Notes: generated by a model from the letters alone, not told the origin. 64,000 nt of DNA from Novosphingobium sp. (GCA_024236175.1 JACKKY010000004.1:439249-503248); one strand, 5' to 3'; shown: positions 16,481 to 27,482, counted from the stretch's first letter. Program-made: numbers and translations.

Positions 16481-17476
16481 TCAGCCGTTTCGGCGAAGGG
16501 GCGAGCCGGCCGCGGCTTCGATGACGGTATCGAAACCGAGAGGATCGCGGCTCGCAAGCATGTGGCGAGACGGCCTGGTTCCGGGTGCGAGCCAATCCGG
16601 TTCAGCTTCGATCGCGACCCTGCCTCGCGCATGCTCGAGCGCAACGTCGATATCCTGCGCGGAAAACTCGATCGTCAGGACACCGGGGCCGTATTCGTCC
16701 AGTGCCGCGGCCAGTGCTCCAGTCCGGGAAACCGGTTGGCAATACTCTATCTCGATCCCGCCGAGCGCAACCCGGAAGGCTTGGCCCAGTGCCCCCTCCC
16801 GATAGGCGAATGCCGCGCTGCGGCTGCCCGGATTGAATATCGCAACAAGGTTTTCCCAGGTCTTTTCAATGTCGGGCACAACGATCCTGATGCGGTTCAG
16901 CAAGAGATTGCCATCGCCCGTTTTTGGCCGCGGGTGAACGAAGGCCGGGTACTGAACGGTCTGTTCGCAGAAATGTATGAAGTTGGGCTCCATGATCTCG
17001 AGGTCGAGCCCGATCAAGTGCCGGGTTCCCATGAACAGGAACGGCCGTTCGTCGGCACCGGGGCGCGTGTTCTCCGGTCCATAGTCGGTTAGGGCGTTCG
17101 CAGCCGAACTTGGCCCCTCGATGTGAATCTCCGCGCCCATCGCGCTCAGCAGCGACTTGGCGTGGAAGATATCGTCGACGAAGAAGTTGAGATTGGTCAC
17201 GCTTGGACCGATGCGATCGAGATAGGCCTGGTGGATCGACTTCTGGCCATTGAACAGCATGCCGGCCGCCGGCTGGTTGACCTGAAAAACGGCATCGCCC
17301 AGGCCGATGTGGTCGCAGCCGTAGCCGGGATCGGGTATGATCCGGTCGATCTCCCCTGCCAGTTCCTGCTCGATCGGCCCGGCTCCCAGCGCGTCGACCA
17401 TGAAACTGCGAACTTCGGCCAGATCACGCGCGCTGGTTTCAATCTGGCAACAGCCATGGATCAGCGAGATACTCAT
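16481..17476 (-). CDS. Two-module VOC (glyoxalase/extradiol-dioxygenase fold)-like protein, tentative
   Basis: At 331 aa it has two repeated beta-alpha-beta-like modules (IHGCCQIETS..., NRIRIVVPDIEKT...). It lies 6 nt downstream of the SDR gene. The family call is weak. Confidence 0.5.
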   Translation of the reverse strand: MSISLIHGCCQIETSARDLAEVRSFMVDALGAGPIEQELAGEIDRIIPDPGYGCDHIGLGDAVFQVNQPAAGMLFNGQKSIHQAYLDRIGPSVTNLNFFVDDIFHAKSLLSAMGAEIHIEGPSSAANALTDYGPENTRPGADERPFLFMGTRHLIGLDLEIMEPNFIHFCEQTVQYPAFVHPRPKTGDGNLLLNRIRIVVPDIEKTWENLVAIFNPGSRSAAFAYREGALGQAFRVALGGIEIEYCQPVSRTGALAAALDEYGPGVLTIEFSAQDIDVALEHARGRVAIEAEPDWLAPGTRPSRHMLASRDPLGFDTVIEAAAGSPLRRNG

Positions 17477-17482
17477 CGTCGA

Positions 17483-18310
17483 TCAGTCCGCCGCCTTGCC
17501 GGCGCGGATCCTGTCCATGACCTGCTTGCCGTACATTGCATCCATCGGATCCGGCCCTTTGCCCTGATCCAGCCCGCCGTCGGCCGAGAAGGTCTGCCCG
17601 GTGACCCAACCGGATTCCGGACCGGCGAGAAACCGCACCACCTTGGCAACGTCTTCAGGCAGGCCGACCCGGCCGAGCGGGGTCTCCGCCTCATAGACGG
17701 CGACCATGTCGGCGAGCTCTGGGCTCTCGGCGCGCTCCGGCGGAAGCGTCAGCCCCGGCCTCACCGCATTGACGCGGATACCGGCACCGCCCAACTCGAA
17801 CGCCGCGGCCCTTACGAACCGTTCCAGCCCGGCCTTGGCCGCCGAATAGATGCTCAGGCCCCACCCGGACTGGGTCGCCGCCGCCGAGGAGACACACACG
17901 ATCGCGCCACCACTATGCATCAGCGGAACGCCGTGCCGCACGGCGAGGAAGGCGGAAATGAAGTTCTGGTCCAGTTCTTTCCTGACCTCTTCGAGTTCGC
18001 GCATCAACAAGGGCTTGAACGTCGGCTCGCCGACAACGGCGGCAATGATGTCGAGCCTGCCGCCCAGACCGTGCGCCGCACCCAGCGCAGCCTTGACGTC
18101 GTCCTCTCTGGTGGCGTCGCCGACCGACATCTCGATCCTTGCACCGGAAACCTGATCGCGCAGCTCGTCTCGCGCCTTGCCGAGCGTTTCTTCGCGCCTT
18201 CCCATGATCACGACATCGGCGCCCTCCTGCGCCAGCGCCTTTGCACTGGCGAGGCCAATGCCCTGGCTGGCACCTGTCACCAGCGCGGTCTTGCCTTCAA
18301 GCACTCCCAT
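17483..18310 (-). CDS. Short-chain dehydrogenase/reductase (classical SDR)
   Basis: I chose the start at MGVLEGKTALVTGASQGIGLA (TGxxxGxG motif). It has YSAAKAG (YxxxK), and GGGAGAA lies upstream. The 77 N-terminal codons in the track are spurious. Confidence 0.85.
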   Translation of the reverse strand: MGVLEGKTALVTGASQGIGLASAKALAQEGADVVIMGRREETLGKARDELRDQVSGARIEMSVGDATREDDVKAALGAAHGLGGRLDIIAAVVGEPTFKPLLMRELEEVRKELDQNFISAFLAVRHGVPLMHSGGAIVCVSSAAATQSGWGLSIYSAAKAGLERFVRAAAFELGGAGIRVNAVRPGLTLPPERAESPELADMVAVYEAETPLGRVGLPEDVAKVVRFLAGPESGWVTGQTFSADGGLDQGKGPDPMDAMYGKQVMDRIRAGKAAD

Positions 18311-18405
18311 TGCGTTCTCCCTGTCCGGCTGCTCCAGCCGGATTGCCGGTGAACTATGGGGCGGGTTGGGATACGGCACAAGACGGGGCCGGCGCCGCCG
18401 GTATT

Positions 18406-19695
18406 TCAGGGGGCGGCGGACGTTGCATGGAGCCGGGGCGCCCGGCGCACTTTCCGTTTCTTCCACCAGATGTAGAAACCCGTCACCGCGTGGACGAGCG
18501 TGACGAGGCCAAGCAGGAATACCAGCGCGATCGTGGGCCAACCGGCCACCTGCCCGCTATGGAGCGGATAGAGCACGCGGATCATCACCAGACCGGCGCT
18601 GTCGACATAGGGATCGACACGATGGGCGAACTCGCCGCTCGCCGCGTCGAAATAGAGATAGATCGGACCCAGCGCGCGATAGTTGAGAAGGCCATCATTG
18701 GTGAAGGTGACGCCGTAGATATTGTATCCCGAGTTGTAGAGAGCTGTCGCCGGCTTCCAGGCAAGGCCTTCGCTGGCAGCCTGCTCCCGCGCCAGCCGCA
18801 CCGCGTCGGCATAGTCCAGGCTCGGCCGGGTACCTTGCGGAAAGGGCTCCGGCTGATCGAACAGCCGGTATTTCAGCGGCGCCATCCGGGTGACGGCGGG
18901 TTCATAGAACTCGCCGAAGAAATTGAGCCCCACCGAAGTGGAAGCGAGCGCTGCAATCCCGATGAACAGCCACAAGCCGCTGGCCCGGTGCAAGTCGAGC
19001 ATCTGGCGGGGAAACGGGCTTGATAACCGGAATTTCCAGATGCGCTTCCACTGCCGGAAGAACGGCTTCCGCTTCGGGAACGTGAGGTAGAAGCCGACGA
19101 AATTGCTGATGAACCACACCAGCGCCACCACGCCCATCAGCCAGCGCCCCGGATCGCCCGCCAGCAGGGTGAAGTGAAACTCGGCAATGCCCTCGACGAT
19201 CTGGCGCCGCTCCCAGCCCGGACCGGTCGCGCGCGTTCCGATCACCTGTCCGTCGGCAGGATCGAGGAATACCTGGTTGTACCCCGGCGGTTCTGCTCCC
19301 GCAGCGGCCGAAACGCCGACCGGAATTGTTTCGCCGGGCGCGACGCGCAGCGGAAACGATGTGACCTGAAGGTCGGGCCAGCTCTTCTGGAACGCGGAGA
19401 CCACTTCGACCGGTGGAAGGTCGGCTGCCTGAACAGTCTCGACAGTGAAGAGGTCGCGGTTCAGCGCCCGGTCGAGCGGCTTGGCGAAGCACAGGATACA
19501 GCCGGTGATCGCCGCGATCGCGAGAAAGGCCATCGTGGCCAGCCCGCTCCAGCGATGGATCACCATCCAGAACTCGCGGGTACTCCCGGACGATGAACTC
19601 AAGACGTGTCCTTCCTGCCTGCGCCAATTGCCCACTATTCCCGGCTCGGCAATCATCGGCAAGGGCCAACCCGATGCCGGGCACGGGGCCAGCAC
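18406..19695 (-). CDS. PepSY-associated transmembrane protein (PiuB-like)
   Basis: It has REFWMVIHRWSGLATMAFLAIAAITG, a second HRASGLW helix and LYPLHSG near the C-terminus. The start is either 19695 or 19656. Confidence 0.75.
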   Translation of the reverse strand: MLAPCPASGWPLPMIAEPGIVGNWRRQEGHVLSSSSGSTREFWMVIHRWSGLATMAFLAIAAITGCILCFAKPLDRALNRDLFTVETVQAADLPPVEVVSAFQKSWPDLQVTSFPLRVAPGETIPVGVSAAAGAEPPGYNQVFLDPADGQVIGTRATGPGWERRQIVEGIAEFHFTLLAGDPGRWLMGVVALVWFISNFVGFYLTFPKRKPFFRQWKRIWKFRLSSPFPRQMLDLHRASGLWLFIGIAALASTSVGLNFFGEFYEPAVTRMAPLKYRLFDQPEPFPQGTRPSLDYADAVRLAREQAASEGLAWKPATALYNSGYNIYGVTFTNDGLLNYRALGPIYLYFDAASGEFAHRVDPYVDSAGLVMIRVLYPLHSGQVAGWPTIALVFLLGLVTLVHAVTGFYIWWKKRKVRRAPRLHATSAAP

Positions 19696-19769
19696 AAACC
19701 CGCTGCTTCAGGCCGGGTACTCCAGGATATGGCGCTGCCTACCGGCTTGCCGGAGAGCAGGTATTCAGA

Positions 19770-22700
19770 TCACTTCTTGAGCTTGAACGGCCAGCTGCCG
19801 CTGCCAAGTCGCCATGCAATCTCGTCGGCATGCATGGCCTTGCCGAACAGATAGCCCTGGCCGAGATCGCATCCCGCGTCCCGGAGGGCGTGAAGCTGTT
19901 CCGGCGTTTCGACGCCCTCGGCCACGATTTCGAGCGACAGGCTGGGACCAAGCTTCGTGATCGCCTCGACGATCGCCGACATCGTCCGGTTGGTGAGCAT
20001 CCGGCTCACGAAGGACCGGTCGATCTTGATCACGTCGACGGGGAAATCGCGCAGGTAGGACAGCGAGGAATGGCCGGTGCCGAAATCGTCCAGTGCGATC
20101 CTGATACCCGATTCGCTCAGCATCTGCAGGGCACGGACAACCTGTTCGGACCGGCGATGCAGGAAAACGTGCTCGGTAATCTCCAGCTCGATCTGGGACG
20201 GCGCGATCGCATGTTTCGCGAGGTTGCCGAGCAGCCGCTCGCCATAGTCGTCGCGGGCGAATTCGGCCGGGGCGGCGTTGATCGACACCGGCGGCAGGTC
20301 AAGGCCGGCGTCAAGCCAGCCGGCCATATGCTCGAAGATGCGGTCCTGCATCAGACCGCCGATCTTGGTAGCGAGCTCATAGTCGTTGAAGGCCTCGAAT
20401 ACCGAACTCGGCGGCTGAATGCCGTTCCCCGGGCACCACCACCTCAACAGCGCTTCAAAGCCGGCGACTTCGCCCGTGTCGAGGCGAACCTTCGGCTGGT
20501 AATAGGGCTCGACAGCGTCGTCCTGGACGACGCGACGCGCCAGAGTGAGCTGCGACGCCGAGCGTTCGGCAGCTTCCATCATCTGGCTGGAGAACATCTG
20601 GATGCCGCCGCGACCGCTCGCCTTGAGGTCGTAAAGCGCCGCATCGGCATGCTTGAGAAGATCCTGGGCGTTCTCGGCATCGCGCGGGAAGACCGCGCTA
20701 CCGATGCTCAGGCCGCCGTATATGAGGCGGCCCGCGAACGTCACCGGTTCCTCCATTCTGGCGAGGATCTGGGTGGCACCGTTGATCAGTTCGCTCTCGT
20801 CGCGGATATCATCGAGTATGATCGCGAACTCGTCGCCGCCCAGCCTTGCGACGAAGCCGGGCTCGGAAACGCATTTCTTGAGGCGCCTGGCCAGCATCTG
20901 CAGGAGGTGGTCACCGGCAAGGTGCCCCAGTGTGTCGTTGACATGCTTGAAGTGGTCCAGGTCCAGCAGCATCAGGCCGACGCTCTTTCCGGAGTCTCGC
21001 GCTCTTGCAGTGACCTTCTTGAGGTGCGCTTCGAAGGCACGACGGTTCGGCAGCGACGTCAGGAAGTCGCATTCGCTGGCGATACGCAGCCGCTCGGCCG
21101 TCTTGCGCTGTTCGGTAATGTCGCGCGAAATGCACAGCAGCGACTGAATGGTCCCGTCGGTATCCCTGATCGGCGACACCACGACATCCCACCATGTGGC
21201 GTTCTTGCCGTTGAGCGGATAATTCCCGGTGAAACGTGCGGCCTGCCCGTTGCGCGCCTTCTTGACTGCCCTGCGCGCTGCGAGCCGATATTTCCCGGGC
21301 CACATATCGGCCCAGCGCTTGCCGACCAGAACGGAACGATCAACCGCTCCCTGGGCCGTCATGCCCGGCGTGTTGATCAGCAGGATCGCCCCATCCAGGT
21401 CCATGATCTTGATGCTGTCCGTGCTGGCACCGAGAATGCTGCTCTGGACGATCTGGCTTTCGCGAAGCTTGTGCTCTGCCAGAACCCGCTCGTGGATGTC
21501 AGTCGATGTGCCATACCAACGCACGATGGCACCCTGCTCGTCGCGCTGCGGCTGGGCGCGCGCGAATGCCCAGCGGTATTCCCCCGAACAGTGAAGAACG
21601 CGGAACTCGATTTCGAAGTCGCGTCCCGTCTCGATCGACTGGCGCCAGCATTCCCCGACCAGCTCCCGATCATCGGGATGGAAATATCGTACCGTTAGTT
21701 CGGTAAAGTCGGTGTCGAATTCTTCCTTCGTCAGGCCGACGTATTCGGCCCAGGACTTGTTGAAATAGTCGATTATCCCATCGGCATCGGCCGACCAGAC
21801 CATGTCCGGTATGGAATCGAGCGTTCGCCTGAGATCGTCGGCCTGATCGACCAGTTTCCTTTCGAACCGCTTGCGATGGGTGATGTTCTTGAAAAATATC
21901 GTCAGTCCGTCGCCATCGGGAACCGCGTAGAGTTCATAGCATCTGTCTGTTCCGAGCGGATGGCATTCGGTTCGCACCGGGGTTCTCTCTACCATCGCCC
22001 GTTCGACTTCGGTCCAGCATTCGGCGTCGGCCAACTTGCGGAATATCTTCCTGGCGTTCCTTCCGACGAGCGTTCTGCTCTGCCCTGTCTCCCGCAGCGC
22101 GGCATTGTTCACGAAAACGTAGTTCCACCCGGAATCGAGTGTCACGATGCCGTCGAGAGAACTCTCGACGATGTTGGACATCCGGGCATGCAGCCGCTCG
22201 ATCTCCTGGCGCGATTCCTCTGCCTGTAGCTCAAGCGCCTTCTTTTCGGTGACATCGGATATGAAGCCTTCCAGAAAGAGCGGCCGCCCCTCGGCATCGC
22301 AGACGGCCCTGCCCGTTTCGCTCACCCAGCGCGTTTCGCCCGATTTGTGGCGCAGGCGATAGCAGTCGGTAAAATGCTCTCCCCTGGAAATCGCCTGTTT
22401 AATCCTGACGTCCAGCGCCGGAACGTCCCGGGGGTCGAGAATGTCCTCATAGGAATGTTCGGCGAAGAATTCCGGGGCATAGCCGGTAATCGCCTCCACT
22501 CCCGGGCTGATGAACTCCATCTTCCAGGGACGCGACAACTCGCAGCGGTAGAACGTGCCGGAAACGCAGGACAGAAGGCTCTCGAACTGACGCAGGCTTT
22601 CGCTCAGCGCTTCGAAGACCAGAGTCTGGTCGAAATCCGAGGACGTCAGAAAATCCCGAACGGATTGGGCCGAGAATGCCGTATCCTGGGGCACACCGGC

Positions 22701-22784
22701 TTGCTCGAATCCCAGTAGATTCGAAATAAAACTGTCTCGCTTACGCGAAAGATCCACGTCCCGGGCTCCGGATCGAGTTGCCAA
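19770..22784 (-). CDS. Multi-PAS diguanylate cyclase/phosphodiesterase (GGDEF-EAL) signalling protein
   Basis: It has several PAS/PAC repeats, an intact GGDEF (ARLGGDEFAIIL), an intact EAL (FEALLRW) and DDFGTGHSSL. Confidence 0.9.
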   Translation of the reverse strand: MATRSGARDVDLSRKRDSFISNLLGFEQAGVPQDTAFSAQSVRDFLTSSDFDQTLVFEALSESLRQFESLLSCVSGTFYRCELSRPWKMEFISPGVEAITGYAPEFFAEHSYEDILDPRDVPALDVRIKQAISRGEHFTDCYRLRHKSGETRWVSETGRAVCDAEGRPLFLEGFISDVTEKKALELQAEESRQEIERLHARMSNIVESSLDGIVTLDSGWNYVFVNNAALRETGQSRTLVGRNARKIFRKLADAECWTEVERAMVERTPVRTECHPLGTDRCYELYAVPDGDGLTIFFKNITHRKRFERKLVDQADDLRRTLDSIPDMVWSADADGIIDYFNKSWAEYVGLTKEEFDTDFTELTVRYFHPDDRELVGECWRQSIETGRDFEIEFRVLHCSGEYRWAFARAQPQRDEQGAIVRWYGTSTDIHERVLAEHKLRESQIVQSSILGASTDSIKIMDLDGAILLINTPGMTAQGAVDRSVLVGKRWADMWPGKYRLAARRAVKKARNGQAARFTGNYPLNGKNATWWDVVVSPIRDTDGTIQSLLCISRDITEQRKTAERLRIASECDFLTSLPNRRAFEAHLKKVTARARDSGKSVGLMLLDLDHFKHVNDTLGHLAGDHLLQMLARRLKKCVSEPGFVARLGGDEFAIILDDIRDESELINGATQILARMEEPVTFAGRLIYGGLSIGSAVFPRDAENAQDLLKHADAALYDLKASGRGGIQMFSSQMMEAAERSASQLTLARRVVQDDAVEPYYQPKVRLDTGEVAGFEALLRWWCPGNGIQPPSSVFEAFNDYELATKIGGLMQDRIFEHMAGWLDAGLDLPPVSINAAPAEFARDDYGERLLGNLAKHAIAPSQIELEITEHVFLHRRSEQVVRALQMLSESGIRIALDDFGTGHSSLSYLRDFPVDVIKIDRSFVSRMLTNRTMSAIVEAITKLGPSLSLEIVAEGVETPEQLHALRDAGCDLGQGYLFGKAMHADEIAWRLGSGSWPFKLKK

Positions 22785-22875
22785 AAGCCCTGTGTTCTTA
22801 CGTTTATATTGTTAAGACCGAATTAAGCTTTCCAAAGCGCGGCCAAGTGCTTGTCTGCGCTTGCGGAATAGCACT

Positions 22876-23754
22876 TCAGGCCGGACCGAGCGAATGCACG
22901 TCGTCGACAGTCTCGACACGGCGCATCTCGCGCCGTTCGGAATGGATGAAACGGCGGCCGCGATGCACCGTGCAGCGATTGTCGGCCATAACCACGTCGC
23001 CCGGCTTCCACTTGTGGCTGTAGACATGCTCGCGCTGGCCGATGTGCTCGATCAGCTCATGCGTCAGCGCGCGCCCTTCAGGGATCGACATGCCTTCGAT
23101 GGCGTATACCTTGCTGTCGCACCACAGCACCTTGCGCCCCGAACCGGGATGCGTGCGGACCAGCGGCCATTTCACCTTGGGGAAAGCGGAGCGTTCCTCT
23201 TCCGAGTCCGGGATGTGAAGCCAGTCGCGCGTGTTGTGCGACCAGAATATACCGACCTTTTCGGCAATCAGCTCCCTGGTGACGTCGTCGAGTGAATCGT
23301 AGGCGGCGCGCAGGTCGGCATATTGCGTCTCGCCGCCATAGCCGACCGCGGTCACCGCGTTGAGGATCGAATAGCGGATCGGCAGGTCCTTGTAGGACCC
23401 GTCGCTGTGCCAGAAGCGGTTGCCGACCGTGGTGATCGTCTGCCAGTGCTCGGCACCGGCGACGTTCCCCTCGGCATCGACGTTGGAAATATCCGTGACC
23501 GTATCCATCCCGAGCCGGTTCTGGATCCGGTGCATGAGCTTCTTCTGAAGCGTCGTGTCCACTTCCCCGAAACTGTTGCCGAAAGCGACCAGCTCTTCCT
23601 TGGACAGCAGCTGGTCCGGGAAGACCAGCACGCCATATGTGTCGCAGGCGGCGACGATCGCGTCGCGATCTTCCCCCGAAAGCGGCTCTCGCAGATCGAC
23701 GCCGCGCACGAGCGCGACGAACTTCTCGCTGACGGGCTCGAGCTTCAGGGGCAT
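22876..23754 (-). CDS. TauD/TfdA-family Fe(II)/2-oxoglutarate dioxygenase
   Basis: The start at MPLKLEPVSEKF is preceded by GGAGAGGA. It has the HxD motif FWHSDGSY and a C-terminal MADNRCTVHRGRRF. Confidence 0.85.
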   Translation of the reverse strand: MPLKLEPVSEKFVALVRGVDLREPLSGEDRDAIVAACDTYGVLVFPDQLLSKEELVAFGNSFGEVDTTLQKKLMHRIQNRLGMDTVTDISNVDAEGNVAGAEHWQTITTVGNRFWHSDGSYKDLPIRYSILNAVTAVGYGGETQYADLRAAYDSLDDVTRELIAEKVGIFWSHNTRDWLHIPDSEEERSAFPKVKWPLVRTHPGSGRKVLWCDSKVYAIEGMSIPEGRALTHELIEHIGQREHVYSHKWKPGDVVMADNRCTVHRGRRFIHSERREMRRVETVDDVHSLGPA

Positions 23755-23818
23755 TGGTCCTCTCCGGTTTGGTGCCGAAATGATTGACGCATCAGGCCGC
23801 CGCAAGCAAGCTTGCCCG

Positions 23819-25157
23819 ATGGAGAAGATGGGCCTGACAGGCGAGATTGCGGCATTCGTTGTGGCTGCGGTCAACGCGGAACTTCCGCCAGAGGCAATCA
23901 CTGCGGCCAAGCGGGCCTTCATCGACACCGTCGGCGTGACTCTCGCCGGGCGCGACGAACCGGCGGTCGCCATTATGCAGCAGCTGGTGCGCAGTAGCGA
24001 CGAGGCCTTCGCCTGGCCGGGCGAAGCATGGCTCGGATCCGATGACGCGGCCCTGCTCAACGGTCTTGCCGGTCATGTGTTCGACTACGACGACGTTGCC
24101 CAGCACGGCCATCCGAGCGTGGTGCTCGTCCCTGCGATCCTTGCCGAGGCCCAGCGGATCGACGCCTCGGGAGAGGATGCGCTCAGGGCTTACGCCATCG
24201 GCTACGAAGTCTGGGCCGAGCTCGCCAGCCGCGAGCCCGACGCCTACCATCTGGGAAGCTGGCACCCGACGGCAGTGCTGGGCATTGTCGCCGCGACCGC
24301 CGCGATTACCGCGCTGGACCGGCTGGACAGCGCAACGGCGCGCAATGCGCTTGCGATAGCGGCGAGCATGGCTTCAGGCGTCATCGCCAATTTCGGTACG
24401 CATATGAAGCCGCTTCAGGCCGGGCGGGCCGCCGCCGGCGCGATCGAGGCGGTGCGGATGGCGCGTGCCGGGATAACCGGCGCAGCCGACGCGATCGAGG
24501 GTGCTCACGGCCTGTTGCGCGGCATCTCATCCAGGGGAAGGGTCGATACGCAGAAGCCGGCGGCACTGGCCGCCCCGGGCTGGAGACTGATCAGCGAAGG
24601 ACTGTCGGTGAAGCGCTATCCCGTCTGTTACGCCTCGCACCGGGCCATCGACGGAACGATCGGGCTCGCACAGGAAGCGCAGCTCGCGCCCGGGGAAGTC
24701 GGTTCGGTAACCGTCAGCCTTGGCAAGGCTCCGGCGGAAACCCTGCGCTACTCATCGCCCCGCGACGGGCTTGAGGCCCGCTTCAGCCTCAATCACAACG
24801 TCGCTGCCGCGCTGGTCGACCATGCCGTCGGCTTTGCCCAGCTCGAGGACGGCTTCGTTGCCCGGCCGGACGTGGCGGCGCTCTACCCGCTCACACGGAT
24901 GGAAATCGTCGACCGGGAATGCCCCGAGCAGCCCGGCATGGCCGAGTTCGACCGGGTCGTGATCGAGACGCGTGACGGGCGCGAGTTCGACAGCGGTCCC
25001 ATCCGCTACCCGAGGGGTCATGCGAAGCTGCCGCTGAGCGACGACGAACTCGACGCCAAGTTCCTCGACTGCGCACGTCACGGCGGACTTGCCGAACCCG
25101 CGCGCCTGCTCGAGGCGTTGCATGACCTTGATCGCCTTCCCCGCATCCGAGAGCTCC

Positions 25158-25171
<14 letters not shown>
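23819..25171 (+). CDS. MmgE/PrpD-family protein
   Basis: The segment [34 protein letters not shown] is typical of the family, and the length is about 450 aa. The start is either 23819 or 23828. Confidence 0.8.
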
Positions 25172-25985
<814 letters not shown>

Positions 25986-25988
25986 GCC

Positions 25989-26393
25989 ATGGCCAGAGTG
26001 CGCCTGACAACCGAAGACCAGCAGTCCTGGATCGTCTCGGGCGAGCGCAATATCAGCGAGGACGAGCGCGGCAAGCTGCGCAGCGGCGAGCTGACGAGCG
26101 AGTACCGCCTGCGCGAGCCGGGAAGCGACGATTTCCCGCAACTTGTCGAGCTGCGCTACCAGCCGGATTCCGAAATCCGCCTCCATTCGCACGACGAGGA
26201 CGAGATCATCTACGTTCTGGAAGGCGCGATGCGGATCAACAACCGGACGGTCGGCCCCGGCGCCTGCCTGACGATCCCCGGCGGCGTGTTCTACGGCTTC
26301 CACGCCGGGCCGGAAGGGCTGCGCATCCTGAATTTCCGGCCACGCAACGACACGACTTTCAACCTGCCGCCGAACAACGACAAGGATAGCTGA
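25989..26393 (+). CDS. Cupin-domain protein
   Basis: It has HSHDEDEIIYVLEG ... IPGGVFYGFH, the two cupin motifs. It lies 3 nt after the hydrolase stop. Confidence 0.65.
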   Translation: MARVRLTTEDQQSWIVSGERNISEDERGKLRSGELTSEYRLREPGSDDFPQLVELRYQPDSEIRLHSHDEDEIIYVLEGAMRINNRTVGPGACLTIPGGVFYGFHAGPEGLRILNFRPRNDTTFNLPPNNDKDS

Positions 26394-26396
26394 ACA

Positions 26397-27482
26397 ATGG
26401 CAACCGCTCAGGACGCCCTCGACATGGTGGCAGGCGCGTTTCGCGCCAGCGCCCATATCTACCGGGAAATGGGAACGCCGCTCTATGCCGAATTCTGCGA
26501 AGGCGGAGCGGAGGATGCGGATATCCTCTCGCTGGCCGACCATGGCATGGAAGGCGCGAAACCGTCCCACCTGTTCTCGGCGGTGCACTACCTCCTGCTC
26601 GGCGATCCCTCCGATCCCCTGTCACGCTATTTCGCGACCCTTGCGGACGACCCGCTGCCGCCCGGTGGCGCCTATCCGGAGCTGGCCCGCTTCTGCCGCG
26701 AACACCGCGACGAGCTGCGCCACCTGCTGCAGACCCGCAGCGTGCAAACCACCTATGCCGAGCGCTGCCGGGCTCTCCTTGCGCCGATGTGCGAAGTCGC
26801 GCGTGAAGCGGGCGAGCCGCTCAACCTCGTCGAAATCGGCTGTTCGGCAGGCGTGCTGCTGGTTTTCGACAAGTTCGCCTACAAGCTCAACGATCAGGGC
26901 GTCATCGGATCGCCCGATGCGCCCTTCGTCCTTGAAGGCGAACTGCACGGCGGGCCGGAGCTGTTCATCCCCCGGATCGGGACACGCACCGGCATCGACC
27001 TGCACACCATCGACGCACGCTCTGAAGAGGAACGCCGCTGGCTGCTGTCGCTGTGCTTCCCGGAACTGCGCGACGAGCAGCAACGCCTCGCCAAGGCGCT
27101 CGACATCATCGCCGACACCGACATCACGATGCTCGAAGGCAATGGGCTGGAGCATGTTCCCGATGTGCTCGCCCGGGCAGAGAATCCGCTTTGCATCTTC
27201 CATTCGGCCTGCCTGTTCTACTGGCCTGCCGATGCCAAGGCCGCCCTTGAAGAGATGTTCCTGAAGGCCAGCCGGTCGCGGCAGTTCTGGCGGATCGGCA
27301 TCGAGCCGTCGGACAGTTTCGACGAATGGCACAAGGGCCGCCCCGGACACGAAAGCAACCGCAAGCCGGCCAACCGGCAGTCGGGCGAGATATCCATCAG
27401 CCGCTATGCCGACGGCGCGGTGGAACGTCGCGTGGTCGGCTGGCCGAACGCGGACTACGGCATCATCGACTGGAACGACTAG
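26397..27482 (+). CDS. DUF2332-like protein of unknown function (methyltransferase-like fold suspected)
   Basis: It has LFSAVHYLLLGDP, RSVQTTYAERCRALL and NLVEIGCSAGVLL, which match my recollection of DUF2332. It lies 3 nt after the cupin stop. Confidence 0.65.
   Translation: MATAQDALDMVAGAFRASAHIYREMGTPLYAEFCEGGAEDADILSLADHGMEGAKPSHLFSAVHYLLLGDPSDPLSRYFATLADDPLPPGGAYPELARFCREHRDELRHLLQTRSVQTTYAERCRALLAPMCEVAREAGEPLNLVEIGCSAGVLLVFDKFAYKLNDQGVIGSPDAPFVLEGELHGGPELFIPRIGTRTGIDLHTIDARSEEERRWLLSLCFPELRDEQQRLAKALDIIADTDITMLEGNGLEHVPDVLARAENPLCIFHSACLFYWPADAKAALEEMFLKASRSRQFWRIGIEPSDSFDEWHKGRPGHESNRKPANRQSGEISISRYADGAVERRVVGWPNADYGIIDWND

Noticed and set aside
19593-21698. A 701-aa plus-strand ORF lies antisense to the GGDEF-EAL gene.
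   Set aside because: It is an antisense artefact. The minus-strand frame contains intact PAS, GGDEF and EAL motifs.
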